From Candidatus Bathyarchaeia archaeon (GTDB taxonomy: Archaea > Thermoproteota > Bathyarchaeia > Bathyarchaeales > Bathycorpusculaceae), in NCBI GenBank assembly GCA_038727135.1, contig JAVYWL010000002.1:64001-128000 (forward strand): a stretch of 64,000 bases of DNA, given 5' to 3'. The translations under genes were made by a program, and so were the position numbers. Under the pieces are notes generated by a model. That model did not search any database, had not been told where the DNA came from, and worked only from the letters and a program-made list of their open reading frames with translations. This document shows positions 11,228 through 20,724 of the stretch, in pieces (position 1 is the first letter of the stretch; every line of letters starts with the position of its first letter).

Positions 11228-13024
11228 TTAGATGGACTGCATTGGGTAGCGTTCATATTGAAGTTCATAAAGCTTCTTCAACTTCTCAACATTGTCTATT
11301 TCCTCTATGGTTTTGTCTGTTCTGAAGCGGACTATTTTTGGCACTCTTAGGGCGTAGCCGCTTGTGTACTCGTCTGTTTCTTGAATCTCTTGGTATGTTA
11401 CCTCCACAACAACCGTTGGCTTTACGAAGACTCCTTCGTCGTCTTCGCTGGTTTTTGTCTTTTCAATAACCGTTGCAAGCGCGTCCATGGTTTGTTCTGG
11501 TAGGTTGGATACTTTTCCGATGGTGTAGAGTTTTTTCTCTTTTGGATCTCGCACTGCCAACATGAAAGACGAATAGAGCCCCGCGCGTCTCCCCTTTCCG
11601 TATAGGGCTTTTACTATTGTGCAGTCTATTGTGTCGCGTTCTGGTTTCAGTTTAAGCCATGTGTAGGTACGCTGTCCAATCTCGTATGGAGAGCTTAAGT
11701 CCTTTACAACTATGCCTTCAAAGCCTTTCTTTAAGGCTTCGTCGTAGAAGCGCATCAGTTCAACTTCGTTTTGGCATTCAACGCCCTCAGCCAAATATTC
11801 TGGCGGGACAACCTCTACTAGGTATTTGCGCCTTTCTGAAAGTGGCAAGCCTATGAGTTCCCGCCCGTTTAGGAAGAGTATATCGAAGGCTCTGTATGTG
11901 ACGCGGACTTTCTCCATTCTTTCTGCAAGCTCTTTTGGTGTCAGTTCTCTTGGCACCGTTCTTTCGAGCATTACCTGGAAGGGCAGCGGGTTGCCGTTTG
12001 GGTCTACGGCTAGGACTTCGCCGTCCACAATGCAGCTTTGGGCATTAAACTTCCTGGCTATTTCAACGATTTCCGGCAGCGTTTGAGACTTTTCAACTCC
12101 TCGCCTTGAGAAAATCCATGTCTGGGTTCCCCACTTGTGAATTTGAAGGCGACTCCCATCAATCTTGTATTCTGCCCTAGCCGGATAGACAACTTTGTCC
12201 GGCTCGTATAGGTGGGCCAGTTGGGGTCTTATGAACTGTCCGGGGCGCATTTTCACTTCTGCCAGTTTTGGCAGTCCTTCTGAGGCTAGGCTTATTCCTT
12301 CGGCTATACCCATTATGGCGCATGCGTTTTGGATTAGCTCCACTGGAACTTGGTAGGCTCTTGCCGCGGCTTTCATGACTGTGCTTGCATAATAGCCAAG
12401 TTTTAAGTCGCCCAGAAGAAGCCGGACAATGTATTTTGCTTCTTGAGGTGTTGCAATCCGCAGCAGACTCGCAACGTAGAGTTCGCGTTCCTTAACGCCT
12501 TTCAGTCTTGGCAGAAACTTAATCGCCTCATAAACCTCATTTACGGATAGCTTTGGCTCTGAAGGCTTTTTAAGGAGATAAGCCACTTCCCCGTGTTCCC
12601 CGTAGTCGATGAGGAATTTCCTAACCTCGCTTTTTGAAACGCCAGTTGCTAAGCTTAGGCTTCGCTCCACCAAGCCCGGTCCAACTTTTAGGCTTTCATC
12701 AGTTATTATCCCGAGGGCTAAGCGCGCCTTAACCTCAAGGGAAAGCTCAGCTGTTTTGAAGAATTTAGCTAGTTCTGTCTCTTTTCCCTTTTTCCCGCGG
12801 AGCACCGCCAGCCGCTCATAAACCTCAACTATCTTTGAGAAGGGCATGTCTTTTCTAGGCTCTTTTCCTTCCATGTATAGGCGTATGAGGTAATATGGTA
12901 TGCCCGTCCGCCATTCTATCTGTTCTGGGGAGAAACCAGCCTCAATTAAGCGGAGAACAGCCTCCTTCTGCGAGCCGTAAGTTTCTATCAGTTCTTTTAT
13001 GGTGGGCGGCTTAACCACCGACAT
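11228..13024 (-). CDS. lig: ATP-dependent DNA ligase with extra N-terminal HTH-like segment
   Basis: Motif I EYKIDG, III IVDGEV, IIIa AFDILF, IV EGIVVK, V WLKLK, VI LRVPKIVRFRTDK. Confidence 0.9.
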   Translation of the reverse strand: MSVVKPPTIKELIETYGSQKEAVLRLIEAGFSPEQIEWRTGIPYYLIRLYMEGKEPRKDMPFSKIVEVYERLAVLRGKKGKETELAKFFKTAELSLEVKARLALGIITDESLKVGPGLVERSLSLATGVSKSEVRKFLIDYGEHGEVAYLLKKPSEPKLSVNEVYEAIKFLPRLKGVKERELYVASLLRIATPQEAKYIVRLLLGDLKLGYYASTVMKAAARAYQVPVELIQNACAIMGIAEGISLASEGLPKLAEVKMRPGQFIRPQLAHLYEPDKVVYPARAEYKIDGSRLQIHKWGTQTWIFSRRGVEKSQTLPEIVEIARKFNAQSCIVDGEVLAVDPNGNPLPFQVMLERTVPRELTPKELAERMEKVRVTYRAFDILFLNGRELIGLPLSERRKYLVEVVPPEYLAEGVECQNEVELMRFYDEALKKGFEGIVVKDLSSPYEIGQRTYTWLKLKPERDTIDCTIVKALYGKGRRAGLYSSFMLAVRDPKEKKLYTIGKVSNLPEQTMDALATVIEKTKTSEDDEGVFVKPTVVVEVTYQEIQETDEYTSGYALRVPKIVRFRTDKTIEEIDNVEKLKKLYELQYERYPMQSI

Positions 13025-13053
13025 TTGTTTTTATCACGGCCCACTAGTGCATG

Positions 13054-14304
13054 CTATTTTGTTTCAGCTTCTGGGGTTTTTGGTATTGGTTCTATTGCCC
13101 TTAGGAATCCGTCCTTTGTTATGTCAACTCTTATTCTTCGGCGTTCAAAGTTGCACATTCTGCAGTCCAAAACGCGGACTATGCGGACGAATTCCCCTCT
13201 GTCAACGCCTAAATCCACTTGCTGGTCATACCAGTAGACGCGTCCATAATCCACTATTATTGTTCCGTCTAGGTTGTGGGCTAGGCCTATTCCGCCCGCC
13301 ATATCGTAGCTGTCCCAAACTTCCGAGCTTCGCTGGTTCACGTAGAGGGCTGTTATGCCATGCACTTGGTTGTAGCGGGCCAGCTCCATGACGCGGTATT
13401 TTAGGGCTCCACGGTAGGCTTCCAGCACCGTTACAGAGTCTATTATGGCTAGTTCAATCTTCTCTTTCTCGGCCACATAGCGATATGTCTCCGCAAAGGT
13501 GTTCCAGTCGCGGAGCTCGGGATAAGCCACAGTATCCAAAACGAAGAGGTTTTCGCGTATCTTATTCCAGTCCAAGCCTAGAATGTCAGCTTTCTGCTTA
13601 AGTCTAGACTGCAAATCAAAACGTGGGGTGGCGCTTTTCCAGGTGTCTTCAGCCGTTGCATAAAGCACTTTTCTCCCAGAGGCGGCAACTCTTACGGCTA
13701 TCTCCTCAACAAGTATGGATTTTCCGGCTCCAGGCAAGCCTGTGATGGCGAATTGTCCACAAATTGGGATTCCTCCAAGGCTCTTCCCGTCTGGTGTTAG
13801 GAAAAGCTGGTCTAGGAAGGTGCCTGTTGGAAAGCCAAGTAGAGGTTTTTTCGCTTCCACCGCTTCGTCTGGCTTAAGCACAAGAGTGCTTAGCTTTTCT
13901 TTGCCCTCCTCAATCTTTGTTGTCATGGGCTTTGTGGCAAGCTCCCACTCATCCGCTGGTGCCTTAGCACTTTTCAAAGCTTCGGCGAGCGTCTGAGCCA
14001 TAGCCCTCACAAGACTTTCTATCTCTGGAGCAGTTGTCTCCGGCTTTAGCTGCACTGCAGCTTCTGAAGGTTTCACAGCGGCTTCAACGGGTTTTTCTAC
14101 TGGTTTCGGCTTTGCCTCCTCGACGGTGAGCGCCCATAATTCTCCTCGACGCTCCACAACCCCCTTGTTTTTAAGGGACTGCAGAAGCGCATAGGCGGAT
14201 TTTGGTCCATACTTCGGTATGCCTAAACCTTCTGCAATCTCGCTTAAAGAGGTCTGTCCGCCATGGGCTTTGAGAAACTCAACTATGTCATTTTCCTCAA
14301 CCAT
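13054..14304 (-). CDS. wHTH-fused KaiC/RecA-superfamily ATPase
   Basis: Walker A GLPGAGKS, Walker B AIIDS, AGGIGLAHNLDGTI, R-x-x-R-x-x-D-C-R tail; N-terminal winged helix plus Ala/Glu/Lys/Pro-rich linker. Confidence 0.8.
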   Translation of the reverse strand: MVEENDIVEFLKAHGGQTSLSEIAEGLGIPKYGPKSAYALLQSLKNKGVVERRGELWALTVEEAKPKPVEKPVEAAVKPSEAAVQLKPETTAPEIESLVRAMAQTLAEALKSAKAPADEWELATKPMTTKIEEGKEKLSTLVLKPDEAVEAKKPLLGFPTGTFLDQLFLTPDGKSLGGIPICGQFAITGLPGAGKSILVEEIAVRVAASGRKVLYATAEDTWKSATPRFDLQSRLKQKADILGLDWNKIRENLFVLDTVAYPELRDWNTFAETYRYVAEKEKIELAIIDSVTVLEAYRGALKYRVMELARYNQVHGITALYVNQRSSEVWDSYDMAGGIGLAHNLDGTIIVDYGRVYWYDQQVDLGVDRGEFVRIVRVLDCRMCNFERRRIRVDITKDGFLRAIEPIPKTPEAETK

Positions 14305-14391
14305 AAACTTTCCCAGTTTAAAGGCCGACCCTGTTTTCTAAATATTTTTGTAAAAGTTTAGGCTTTTAAATATACCCCTCTATAAACGACT

Positions 14392-14835
14392 TTAAACATG
14401 CCTTTCAAAGGGCTTAACAAACTCTATAGATACGCTTTTGCCTCTTTTTCTCCATCGCTGCTTTCTTAGCTGCTCCCTAATCATGGCTAAGGCGTTTTCC
14501 ATTCCGAAGGGTTTCAAAAGAAATGGATATGGCTTCTTGCTGACTTTGCCAACCATCTCTTTAACTCGGCGAAGTGAAGGCTTATCAGCAACAACTATGA
14601 TTTGAGTTGAAGGCGCCACCTTACCAATCTTTTTCAGAAAAACTGTTAGTTCAATGTCTGTTATAGAGTAATCTACAATAGCAATGTTGGGATGCTTTAC
14701 CTTGGCTATTTTTAGGGCTTCTTCCCCCGTTTTTGCCGTTTCAACCACGTAGCCCACATACTCAAGAACCGTCTGCAGAATCTTCCTTACGCTGTCATTG
14801 TCGTCGACAACAAGGATTCTGGCACTTTCACCCAT
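14392..14835 (-). CDS. stand-alone response regulator receiver (atypical)
   Basis: ILVVDD, IAIVD, LLKPF; beta4 Thr/Ser not evident. Confidence 0.85.
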   Translation of the reverse strand: MGESARILVVDDNDSVRKILQTVLEYVGYVVETAKTGEEALKIAKVKHPNIAIVDYSITDIELTVFLKKIGKVAPSTQIIVVADKPSLRRVKEMVGKVSKKPYPFLLKPFGMENALAMIREQLRKQRWRKRGKSVSIEFVKPFERHV

Positions 14836-16778
14836 ACCTTTTCCTCCTTTACTCTTTCTGTTTTAGGCTTAACTGGAAATGTCACCGTGAAAGTTGTACC
14901 CTTATTTGGAGCGCTCTTCACAGTAATCTTGCCGTTGTGCGCCTCCACTATGCGTTTGCATATGGGCAAGCCGAGCCCCAAACCCTTAGCCTTTGTCGTG
15001 AAAAAGGGCATCCAAAGCTTTTCTAAAACCTCCTTTGACATGCCCACCCCGGTGTCTGTGAAGGAAATTTCCATAAAATCATCGCTTTTCCTGCTGGATA
15101 TTGTTAGTCTTCCACCTTTCGGCATTGCAGCAATAGCATTCTTAATTATGTTAACGAAAACTCTCTTCATCTTTTCCTTATCTACAACTACTGGGTCGTT
15201 TGTAGTTTCATTAACAACCACGATTTTTCTAGGGACTTTTAAGGTGGATAATGCCTCCATAAGCAAAGCCTTTGGAGTTGTTTCCGCGAGGTTAAGCTTG
15301 ATCTCTTTTGAATAGTCAAGCAAGTCTGCAAGAACATTGTTGGAGTACTCCACATCCTTCTCAATTATTCTAAACATTTTTTTGGCTTTTGCATCCATAT
15401 GCCGCCACAGCTTCTTCTTCAAATAATAAATGGCTCCGGCGATGCTGGTCAATGGATTCCTCAAGTCGTGACCAACCATGGCTGCCACCTGACCGATAGC
15501 GGCAAGTCTCTCCGCTCGGAGAAGTCGTTCCTGAGCTTCTTGCAACTGCTTTGTCCTCTCTTCAACAAGAACTTCCAGCCGTCTGGAATATTCTTCCAGT
15601 TTCTCCCGCATTTGCTCCTTTTCAGTGACGTCTCTGGCAATAATTAGAACACCAGATATTTTATCCCCAACTCTGATAACAGACGCGGAGCTTTCTAATT
15701 GGCGTACTTTTCCATCGCTACCAACAACGGTGAAGTTGGCAGAGCTGATTTTGCCTTCTAGAGCGTCAGAAAATGCGGCAATAACTTTCTGCAATTCATC
15801 GTTTGGAACTGCATGCAGTTCGGTGAAATGCTTTCCAATAATTTCCTCCTTTCTACACCCTAAAACTTCTGAAGTTTTTCTATTTACATCTAAAATTTTC
15901 CCGTACTGGTCTAAATAAATAAAGCCGTCCTCGGCGTTTTCAAAAATATTTCTGAATTTTTCTTCAGATTCCTTAAGGGCTGATTCCATTTTTCTACGTT
16001 CAGTAACATCCATGATGATTGCTAGGGCGCCAGCATAGCTTCCATCTTCATTCCAGAGGGGTGAGGCTGAAACTTGGACAAAGCGAGGCTTTCCATCTTT
16101 CCGGTACAAGGTTAGCTCATAACGGCTGACAAGCCCCTTTCTCCTAGCCTTGTTTTCCTCGGCTATCTTCCTTAAGCCCTTCTCGTCAACAAATCTTAGA
16201 AGATTCATGCCTTGGATTTCTTTCTCGCTGTAGCCAAGCATTTCGGCGAAGGCTTTGTTAGCGAAAATTATGTTCTCGTTGGGGTCAACTATTGTTATTC
16301 CTTCCATAGCGTTTTCCAGAAGCATTTCAAAACGCCGATTTGTCTCTTTTAGACGCGCCTCCATACGCTTAAGCTCTGTAATTTCCGTCATTAATGCTTG
16401 AAAACCTAGGGTCTTGCCGCCGACAATGAACCGAGTGGGCTTAGAAATGAAATAGCGAACTTGTCCACCTTTACATATAACACGGAACTCTAAGGCTCGA
16501 GGCTGCCTTTTTAGGGCGATTATCTTTAGGAAAAGGCGCATAACCCTAAACCTGTCTTCTGGATGGAGAAACTCCATGAAGGTTCTGCCAACAACTTCTT
16601 CTGGTTGACAGCCCAAGACATCAGCCAACGCCCTATTAACATAAACGAAACGTCCTCTAGTGTCTGATATGGCTATGGGCAAAGCCGCATTCTCCACCAA
16701 ACTTTTGAAGGCTTCAAGACCCGCCAGAGCCTCTTTTAACTTCTTGTCCATGCCGCCTCTTCCGCAACTTTTAGTCAA
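14787..16778 (-). CDS. cytoplasmic sensor histidine kinase with three PAS/PAC domains
   Basis: Three PAS repeats, H-box GHDLRNPL, N-box NIIKNA, DTGVG, FFTTK, GLGLGL. Confidence 0.93.
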   Translation of the reverse strand: MTKSCGRGGMDKKLKEALAGLEAFKSLVENAALPIAISDTRGRFVYVNRALADVLGCQPEEVVGRTFMEFLHPEDRFRVMRLFLKIIALKRQPRALEFRVICKGGQVRYFISKPTRFIVGGKTLGFQALMTEITELKRMEARLKETNRRFEMLLENAMEGITIVDPNENIIFANKAFAEMLGYSEKEIQGMNLLRFVDEKGLRKIAEENKARRKGLVSRYELTLYRKDGKPRFVQVSASPLWNEDGSYAGALAIIMDVTERRKMESALKESEEKFRNIFENAEDGFIYLDQYGKILDVNRKTSEVLGCRKEEIIGKHFTELHAVPNDELQKVIAAFSDALEGKISSANFTVVGSDGKVRQLESSASVIRVGDKISGVLIIARDVTEKEQMREKLEEYSRRLEVLVEERTKQLQEAQERLLRAERLAAIGQVAAMVGHDLRNPLTSIAGAIYYLKKKLWRHMDAKAKKMFRIIEKDVEYSNNVLADLLDYSKEIKLNLAETTPKALLMEALSTLKVPRKIVVVNETTNDPVVVDKEKMKRVFVNIIKNAIAAMPKGGRLTISSRKSDDFMEISFTDTGVGMSKEVLEKLWMPFFTTKAKGLGLGLPICKRIVEAHNGKITVKSAPNKGTTFTVTFPVKPKTERVKEEKVWVKVPESLLSTTMTA

Positions 16779-16880
16779 AATTTCAGTGCGCCAATGATTT
16801 AACTTGTATGAATGTGGAGTCTAGATTATTACTAACAATACATATTCGGAATCAGAATCCAACTTTGACGAGGCTTGCTG

Positions 16881-17054
16881 TTAAGACCGTCGCTTTTCTA
16901 TTATTAGCCTCTCACCGTCAATCTTTACAGTCACATCCTCTCCAACTTTGAACGGAAAACTGGTGTCCGACGAAACCTCCTTGGGAATGTATATAAAGAT
17001 TTTCCTATACTTCTTGCCTCTATCTACAACTTTGCCTTTTCCTTCACCAGTCAT
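16881..17054 (-). CDS. AbrB/MazE-like small DNA-binding protein (57 aa, below ORF-track cutoff)
   Basis: Manual translation MTGEGKGKVVDRGKKYRKIFIYIPKEVSSDTSFPFKVGEDVTVKIDGERLIIEKRRS; YIPK...FKVGEDV.V.IDGERLII fits a swapped-hairpin pattern. Confidence 0.75.
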   Translation of the reverse strand: MTGEGKGKVVDRGKKYRKIFIYIPKEVSSDTSFPFKVGEDVTVKIDGERLIIEKRRS

Positions 17055-17116
17055 AGGCGCCCTATGCGCCCCGATATTGCTCAGAATTTATTCTGAAATT
17101 ATTGACTATAAAAGTT

Positions 17117-17923
17117 TTAAGATGCTTTAACCATGAATTCGCAGTACTGGTCGCCCTTGGCAATGCATTTTGTCTCTTTGACCTTAACATCCTTTCCAAA
17201 GAAGCGGGTGAATATTCCGGCCACAGCGCCTCTATAAAATTGGCTGTATGGCTTTCCTTTCCCAACACCCAGTTCGCATTCGAAGTTTTGGTAAACTCGA
17301 AGTTGCGCGGATTTCTTTTGCACATCTATGGCTACATGATCTATTATTCCCCAGCCCAAAGTCATGTTTATGGCTTTAGCCACTTCAACTAAATCTTCCA
17401 TCTCGTCTGATTTTGCAATCTCACGGTATGTGTCATAAATTTCAAAGCCTATGCTAAAGCCTTGATAATAAAGCATTGCCTCCCCAGCTGAGCCGAATTT
17501 TTCTCTAACTCCGTTGAAAAGTGCTTCGTAAACGGATTTCCTGAAGATGACGGCTCTCTCGTTTGCTGCAACTAATGGGAAGAAGTGGTTGTCGAAAACT
17601 ATGCTTTCGCCATGCGGTTTTATTATCTTTGCGTTTTTAACGAAATTGTAGCTGTTGAGGATTATATCTAGGGCCTCTTCTGGCGTGGCTCTTGCCCTTG
17701 AAAAGTCTAGGAAGGCAATTGCGTTAACTGTAGGTTTGTGGGCTTCATTCATGGAAAATTGAATGAAGCGCACTGTTATGTCTAAGCTTTCAGCTATCTC
17801 GGCTAGTTTCCTTAGGTTTCCCCTCTCAACTTTCGCCTCTATTGCAAGTCCATATATTTTCTGGTCTCTGTCAAAAATCATGACCCTTCCGACGTCTAGG
17901 GGTTTAAAAGTGTTTTTAGACAT
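17117..17923 (-). CDS. ACT-like + V4R ligand-binding domain protein
   Basis: C-terminal GWG, NFEC, FYRGAVAG, ETKCIAKGDQYCEF. Confidence 0.85.
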   Translation of the reverse strand: MSKNTFKPLDVGRVMIFDRDQKIYGLAIEAKVERGNLRKLAEIAESLDITVRFIQFSMNEAHKPTVNAIAFLDFSRARATPEEALDIILNSYNFVKNAKIIKPHGESIVFDNHFFPLVAANERAVIFRKSVYEALFNGVREKFGSAGEAMLYYQGFSIGFEIYDTYREIAKSDEMEDLVEVAKAINMTLGWGIIDHVAIDVQKKSAQLRVYQNFECELGVGKGKPYSQFYRGAVAGIFTRFFGKDVKVKETKCIAKGDQYCEFMVKAS

Positions 17924-18121
17924 TTCGTCGCACCCTCAAATTTTGGTAGGTGCACGAAATTACTACCATTAGTAGTCACTAGCTATGACCACAAAAACAG
18001 ATATATAATTTGCGCACTGGAAATCCATAGCCTAAAGCAAACCAGAAGAAGAACAGTGAGTCAGCAGTTATAAACAAGAAAAGCGCATGGAAATAAATCT
18101 AAAAAGCGTGGGGATAAAAGC

Positions 18122-18916
18122 TTGAGCAAACCAGAAGTTGGAGTTTCAACCCTCCACCTGCTGAGCAAACCCTTCAACAAGATGTTCGAAAAGATCGCAA
18201 AAATAAACGCCAGCCACATAGAAATCGTGGACGACGGTCTTCACGCATTGGACAAGCGAAGAGTTACGAGGCTTAAGGATGTAGGAAAATCCTACAACAT
18301 AAAATTTTCAGTTCATGCACCCTTCGCCGACATAAACATAGCCTCACCATCACACAACATTTTAAAAGCCATGCTTAAACGACTAAAAAACTCCATAAAG
18401 CTGGCAAGCCAATTGGAGGCCTATGTTTGGGTTTTCCATCCAGGATTAAAAACAGGCGTGAGCATGTTTTATCCCGGCGAAGACTGGAAACAGAACCGAA
18501 AAACTGCACAGTTCCTCTACAAAATCGCCACAGATTATGGCTTAGAAATAGCCATAGAGAATGTGCCAGAACCATACCCTTTCCTAATGAAAAGCGTTAA
18601 AGACTTTGAGAAGTTTTATAGCGAAATTTCAGAGCCTATAGGCTTAGCCCTTGACATTGGACATTCAAACATCAATGGACAGACAGAGCAGTTCCTAAAA
18701 ACGTTTGCAGAAAAGATTGTGCACATCCACGCCCACGATAATGACGGAAGGGACGACTCGCATTTTGGAATAGGCCATGGAACCGTGGACTGGAGGAGAT
18801 TTGCAAGTTTACTGCGGGAAATATCCTACGACAAGGTTGTGGTTGTGGAGTCTGTTGAGAAAGTTTCGGAAAGCGTCAACTTTTTGAAATCCATGTTTAA
18901 TAAAGTATGGCGGTAA
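18122..18916 (+). CDS. sugar phosphate isomerase/epimerase (AP-endonuclease-2 TIM barrel)
   Basis: VHAPFADINIAS, IENV, LDIGH, HIHAHDNDG. Confidence 0.8.
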   Translation: MSKPEVGVSTLHLLSKPFNKMFEKIAKINASHIEIVDDGLHALDKRRVTRLKDVGKSYNIKFSVHAPFADINIASPSHNILKAMLKRLKNSIKLASQLEAYVWVFHPGLKTGVSMFYPGEDWKQNRKTAQFLYKIATDYGLEIAIENVPEPYPFLMKSVKDFEKFYSEISEPIGLALDIGHSNINGQTEQFLKTFAEKIVHIHAHDNDGRDDSHFGIGHGTVDWRRFASLLREISYDKVVVVESVEKVSESVNFLKSMFNKVWR

Positions 18917-19686
18917 ACATGGATACTCCAAAGGCAGAGTATGCGCTTGTTCGTCCTGTGCCAAACTCCTACGACAGATGTATAAGAACCAATCTTGAGA
19001 GGATAGATGTTGGACTTGCTAAAAAGCAGCACATGGAGTACTGCAAAGCCCTAGAAAATCTTGGTTTAAAACTTCTTTGGGCTAAGGGTGACGACACATT
19101 ACCAGACAGCTGCTTCGTGGAGGATACAGCCATTGTTTTTGGCGAGAAAGCGGTTATATGCAACATGAAAATGGATTCTCGAAAAAGGGAGGTTGTCGAA
19201 ATAGCGAAGATGCTGGAAAAAATGAAGAAAGTGCATCACATAGAACCGCCGGCAACAATTGATGGGGGAGACGTCCTCAAAATTGGCAAGGAAGTATTTG
19301 TTGGTCTTACAGCCAGAACTAATTTTTATGCTGTGGAACAGCTGCGGAAAATTTTGGAGAATGATGCGTTTAACATAATTCCTGTCAAAGTGGACGGCGT
19401 CACCCATTTGAAGTCTGTTTGCACATACCTCGGAAACGGTTATGTTGTGCTAGCGGAGGGCTACTTCAATGCGGATGTTTTTAAAGGCTATAGTAAGCTT
19501 GTTGTTCCTTCCTCAGAGCAATATGCGTCAAACTGTCTAGCCGTTAACGGAGTAGTTCTGATGGCGAAGGGTTATCCAAAAACAAGGAGGCTTATAGAAA
19601 GGGAAGGCTTCACCATACAAGAGTTAGAGATGTCGGAGTTTCGGAAAGGGGAAGGCGCCTTAACATGTCTCTCAATACTTTGGTAA
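18907..19686 (+). CDS. dimethylarginine dimethylaminohydrolase / amidinotransferase family
   Basis: PDSCFVEDTA, DGGDV, HLKS, GALTCLS catalytic set. Confidence 0.85.
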   Translation: MAVNMDTPKAEYALVRPVPNSYDRCIRTNLERIDVGLAKKQHMEYCKALENLGLKLLWAKGDDTLPDSCFVEDTAIVFGEKAVICNMKMDSRKREVVEIAKMLEKMKKVHHIEPPATIDGGDVLKIGKEVFVGLTARTNFYAVEQLRKILENDAFNIIPVKVDGVTHLKSVCTYLGNGYVVLAEGYFNADVFKGYSKLVVPSSEQYASNCLAVNGVVLMAKGYPKTRRLIEREGFTIQELEMSEFRKGEGALTCLSILW

Positions 19687-19689
19687 GTT

Positions 19690-20613
19690 TCAGCTTTTTG
19701 GAAGCGAGATTTCAAGGGTCATAAAGTCTTCCGCTACCTGTGTTTTTTTGAAAATTTTCCTTGCCTGTTTTAAGAGCACTTTTGGGTTTTCATAACGTGC
19801 ACTTATGTGGGTCAGAATCAAAAGTTTGGCTCTAGAATTTTTGGCGTTCTCCGCCGCTTGGCTTGGGGTTGAATGCCCATCCTCGTAGGCTCTTTCAGCT
19901 AGTTCATCATCCAAAGTGGCGTCATGAATTAGCAAATCAGCATCAGCTGCAAAAGCCGCTAAACCCTCAAAGGGCCGCGTATCCCCAGTATAAACAATTT
20001 TTCTCCCAGGTCTCGGTGGACCCATGACGTCTTCTGGTTTAACAATTTTCCCGTTTGGAAGCTTAACTTCATTGCCATGTTGAAGCTTAGACCATAAAGG
20101 TCCTTCTGGAACGCCTAAGGCTCTGGCTTTTTCTGGGTAAAACTTTCCCGGGCGGGGCTTCTCCACAAGGGCGTAGGCTAGGCTTGGTATTACATGATTT
20201 GCCCAAACAGCCTCAACCACGTATTCTTCCTCCTCACATACCTTTCCAGCATTGTGGATTTCGTGGATTTCTATTGGGAATGTTAATCCGAACTGCACCG
20301 TTTCCCTTATGCTTTCCATGAACCTTCTTATTCCGGGCGGTCCATAGATTTCGAGTTTTTTGTCGCGGTCAAGAAGAGCCATTGTCTGTACAAGCCCGGG
20401 CAAGCCCAGCACATGGTCTCCGTGCATATGCGTTATAAACACTTTCATTTTCCTATTGAAACTGGCTCCGGCCATTATCATCTGCCTTTGCACACCCTCG
20501 CCACAGTCGAACAACAGTTGCTCGTCCTTACGCCTTATTAATATGGCTGGCAAACTCCTTTTTGGCGTCGGAACGCTTCCAGCCGTGCCCAAGAAAATAA
20601 CCTTCAAGTTCAT
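19690..20613 (-). CDS. rnz: ribonuclease Z
   Basis: FLGT, DCGEG, THMHGDH, exosite GVPEGP, GDT, HST, THISARY. Confidence 0.95.
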   Translation of the reverse strand: MNLKVIFLGTAGSVPTPKRSLPAILIRRKDEQLLFDCGEGVQRQMIMAGASFNRKMKVFITHMHGDHVLGLPGLVQTMALLDRDKKLEIYGPPGIRRFMESIRETVQFGLTFPIEIHEIHNAGKVCEEEEYVVEAVWANHVIPSLAYALVEKPRPGKFYPEKARALGVPEGPLWSKLQHGNEVKLPNGKIVKPEDVMGPPRPGRKIVYTGDTRPFEGLAAFAADADLLIHDATLDDELAERAYEDGHSTPSQAAENAKNSRAKLLILTHISARYENPKVLLKQARKIFKKTQVAEDFMTLEISLPKS

Positions 20614-20724
20614 GGTGGCACTTTCACCTTTTAGATATACTGCTTTTCTTGTTAGGCTTTATGTCTATGGGCCCACAAGTCTTAAAGGTTTAGATGGACA
20701 TTTATATATGGGAAATGAGGGCTC

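Noticed and set aside
17962-17989. Short palindromes ACTAC-N5-GTAGT and GTCA-N7-TGAC upstream of the V4R gene
   Set aside because: Arms of 4-5 bp are expected by chance.
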